DNA of 63,803 nucleotides, filler included, from Globobulimina sp. (Eukaryota): NCBI GenBank assembly GCA_003354225.1. It is 40 parts of 40 records of this genome, joined end to end, with 100 filler letters (N's around TTAATTAATTAA, not from the genome) between each part and the next. Parts side by side here need not be neighbours in the genome. Positions count along the whole stretch, not along the records: positions 60,712 to 62,207 come from PIVH01015756.1; positions 62,308 to 63,803 come from PIVH01015757.1; 38 more parts are not named here. One strand, 5' to 3'. Shown piece by piece: positions 61,642 to 63,803 of this stretch (position 1 is its first letter; each line of letters starts with the position of its first letter). The notes under the pieces were generated by a model. It saw only the letters and a program-made list of their open reading frames with translations, ran no database searches and was not told where the DNA came from. The position numbers and the translations under genes were made by a program.

Positions 61642-62307
61642 ATATAGCTCATTTACTTATTGCTTTCAAAAAATAGCCCAACTAATAACTTGTATTAAAC
61701 TAAATAATTGATTTCTTAGTGTTTTGAAGATACTCCTGATGTAAGAAATCTATTTAAAAACCTTTAGTCTCATTATAAAAATAATACAATCGACGTTCAC
61801 AAGCCGGGTATAGTAGTCATAACAACCTCAACCACATACCCTAGACATGGCTGAAGGTTTCTCGCAGTTAGATTCTTTAGAAGAAGGGATGTATATTGTT
61901 TGCATGTATTTTTCAGCAATAGGTTTGGCACTAGCGACAATTATATTATTTTCATTGTATGGTCAAAAAAGTAGAATTAAAAATAAAAAATCATTTCAAT
62001 TTGCAATAGACATTGTGCATTTAAGTGAATTGAAAGTAAAATCACTAATTCGATTAGTTTTCAGTACATTTCACTCGTCAACTTCACCATGGCAACTCCG
62101 CCAAATCAACAAGGCCCACGGGATCAGCCAAACGCTTATAATAAACGCGTATGGCATACTAATAATTACAATAACAACAAGCAAAAGAGATTAGCTGTGT
62201 GGTCATGNNNNNNNNNNNNNNNNNNNNNNNNNNNNNNNNNNNNNNNNNNNNTTAATTAATTAANNNNNNNNNNNNNNNNNNNNNNNNNNNNNNNNNNNNN
62301 NNNNNNN

Positions 62308-63605
62308 TTCGACTCTAACTTTTTTTTAAAAGATGAATTTAGATCTTCTAAGTGCTGTATCCTTAATTCCATCTGTTCCCTAGTCCTACGCTTATTTATT
62401 TTTGCATTGTTTTTTATTTTCTTGGCTCTCTGTGCGAGCCTCAACGTACTCACAGTCTCTCTCCTATTCCAAATATGAGGTGAACAGGTCACCAAAATAA
62501 CAGTTTTACTGTTTCCGCCAAGAGAATCTTTCAATATCCGCGTTAAGTTACTGTCTTTATATGGAATGTGAGCTTTTTGTAATGACAATGCATTGATTAC
62601 ATTCTCCAGCGCTAACAAGCCCTGATGTATTTTCCCAGTTTCTTTCAATGTGTCTGCTGAAGCACCAGTCCGTGCCGCTAATTCTGACCCAGCTAAACTA
62701 TATATATTATATACGCATATTTATCATATCATATTTGTATACAATTAATATTTAATACATAAGTAAGCACATAACTCTCCAAAATTTATCTTGCTGGTTT
62801 TCACAGTGTCATCCAATAACCGCTGCATCACCGATATCATAACAACGCAATGTGAGCGACTCGAAGCATGTCCAATGAAGTCTGTCTTTTTAGTATTTCG
62901 CACAGCTTCAGCTTTCAGAATATACGATAAGAGCTCATCGACATCTTTGCAGGACTGTTGTGTGATGTTTTTAACAATCACGTTTTTGCCAGCTACGAAT
63001 ATCTCGAGTCGTTTCTTTTTCGTTGCCGTATTTAATAAATCTGCTGTTTGTTCTTTGTATATTTCAATAACGGATAATGTGACTTGATGATTTATGATAT
63101 CTTTGGCCTGAGCCAGTGCTGAAAATAAATAATCCGCAGAGCGTGGTATCAAACCTAAATGTTCAACGCGTGAATAATTTGTGGGGCCAAACATTGTGTA
63201 GCTTTTGCCGGAACCAGTTTGGCCGTACGCCAATATGGTCGCATTATATCCTTTCATTACTTGATCAATCAATGGTTTTGCCAACGTGTCGAATGCGTGT
63301 TGTTGTTTGGAATCTGACCATAATATTTTATCTAATTTGAATTGCAATGACGGCTTATTAGTCCGAGGGACATCGACCGAGCAAGAATTCTTATACAATG
63401 ATATTGGTTCATTGGATAATTTTTGTATTTTTTCCTCATGCTTTTCTTTTGCATTTATCGGTCGGAATCTAGCAACAACCCGAATGTGATCAGACGACTG
63501 TTGTGAAGTAACCTCGCTGTCTTCATCACGCTTCGAAGTTGTCATTCTTACACTGTGTGATACGAAAAGTTTTTGCCAAGTGAGCCTTCTAGAAACTGTC
63601 GCCAT
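62308..63605 (-). CDS. Kinesin, N-terminal motor domain, 3' partial
   Basis: IRVVARFRP, YGQTGSGKS, SSRSH, intron 62698-62775 restores DLAGSE, HIPYKDSNLTRILKDSLGGNSKT; start at 63605 or 63545. Confidence 0.95.
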
Positions 63606-63803
63606 GAGTTCGCGAAAAAGCAAACAAAACAAAAAAAACAATAACAACAATTCTTGTGACAAAGACAATGCGTATCTCCGTCCAAGCAATGGTACCAAGA
63701 ATGCCAATGCCAATGGCAATGCACAACTAAGTGAGGTCACGTTTAAATATCCGGGCCGATTCGCCACGTTGACGCGTACCATCCTATTACACCAAAGTCT
63801 CAG
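63604..63803 (+). CDS. Possible divergent gene start, partial
   Basis: Open frame MSSRKSKQNKKNNNNN...FKYPGRFATL running to the window edge. Confidence 0.35.
   Translation, partial: MSSRKSKQNKKNNNNNSCDKDNAYLRPSNGTKNANANGNAQLSEVTFKYPGRFATLTRTILLHQSL

Noticed and set aside
1500-62307. Regularly spaced TTAATTAATTAA repeats resembling an array; ORFs ending in XXXLIN
   Set aside because: Artificial N-padded concatenation linkers, not a CRISPR or biological repeat.
1-63803. Operon or gene-neighbourhood interpretation across the window, such as ART genes near Nudix or the helicase
   Set aside because: Contigs are ordered only by length, so adjacency across linkers carries no information.

Overview
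This is not a contiguous locus. It is 40 unrelated contigs of about 1.5 kb, sorted by length (1499 down to 1496 bp) and joined by artificial 100-nt linkers (N44-TTAATTAATTAA-N44), so gene neighbourhood across linkers means nothing. Most contigs are AT-rich eukaryotic DNA with short GT-AG introns and very short intergenic spacers; the gene families suggest a rhizarian/foraminiferan-type protist (inference). Recognisable genes include two kinesins, Rab1-like, an OSR1/SPAK kinase, Tel2, ENT, NCKX with an EF-hand, a GT60 GlcNAc transferase, Nudix, bromodomain, C2H2 arrays, Kazal repeats and tRNA-Ile(UAU). Mobile-element fragments include a Ginger/Gypsy-type integrase, an intron-containing Polinton-type polB, LINE, Penelope GIY-YIG, DIRS/Ngaro, KDZ-like and MITEs. 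One contig is bacterial (Desulfobacterales-like) and has an in-frame TAG. The strongest novelty signal is that 4 of 40 arbitrary contigs encode members of an apparently expanded, unannotated ADP-ribosyltransferase-fold family. Its toxin-like R-S-E motifs appear as H-S-E or S-S-E, and one member carries a PBZ-like zinc finger. All calls are motif recognition by eye; no database searches were run.
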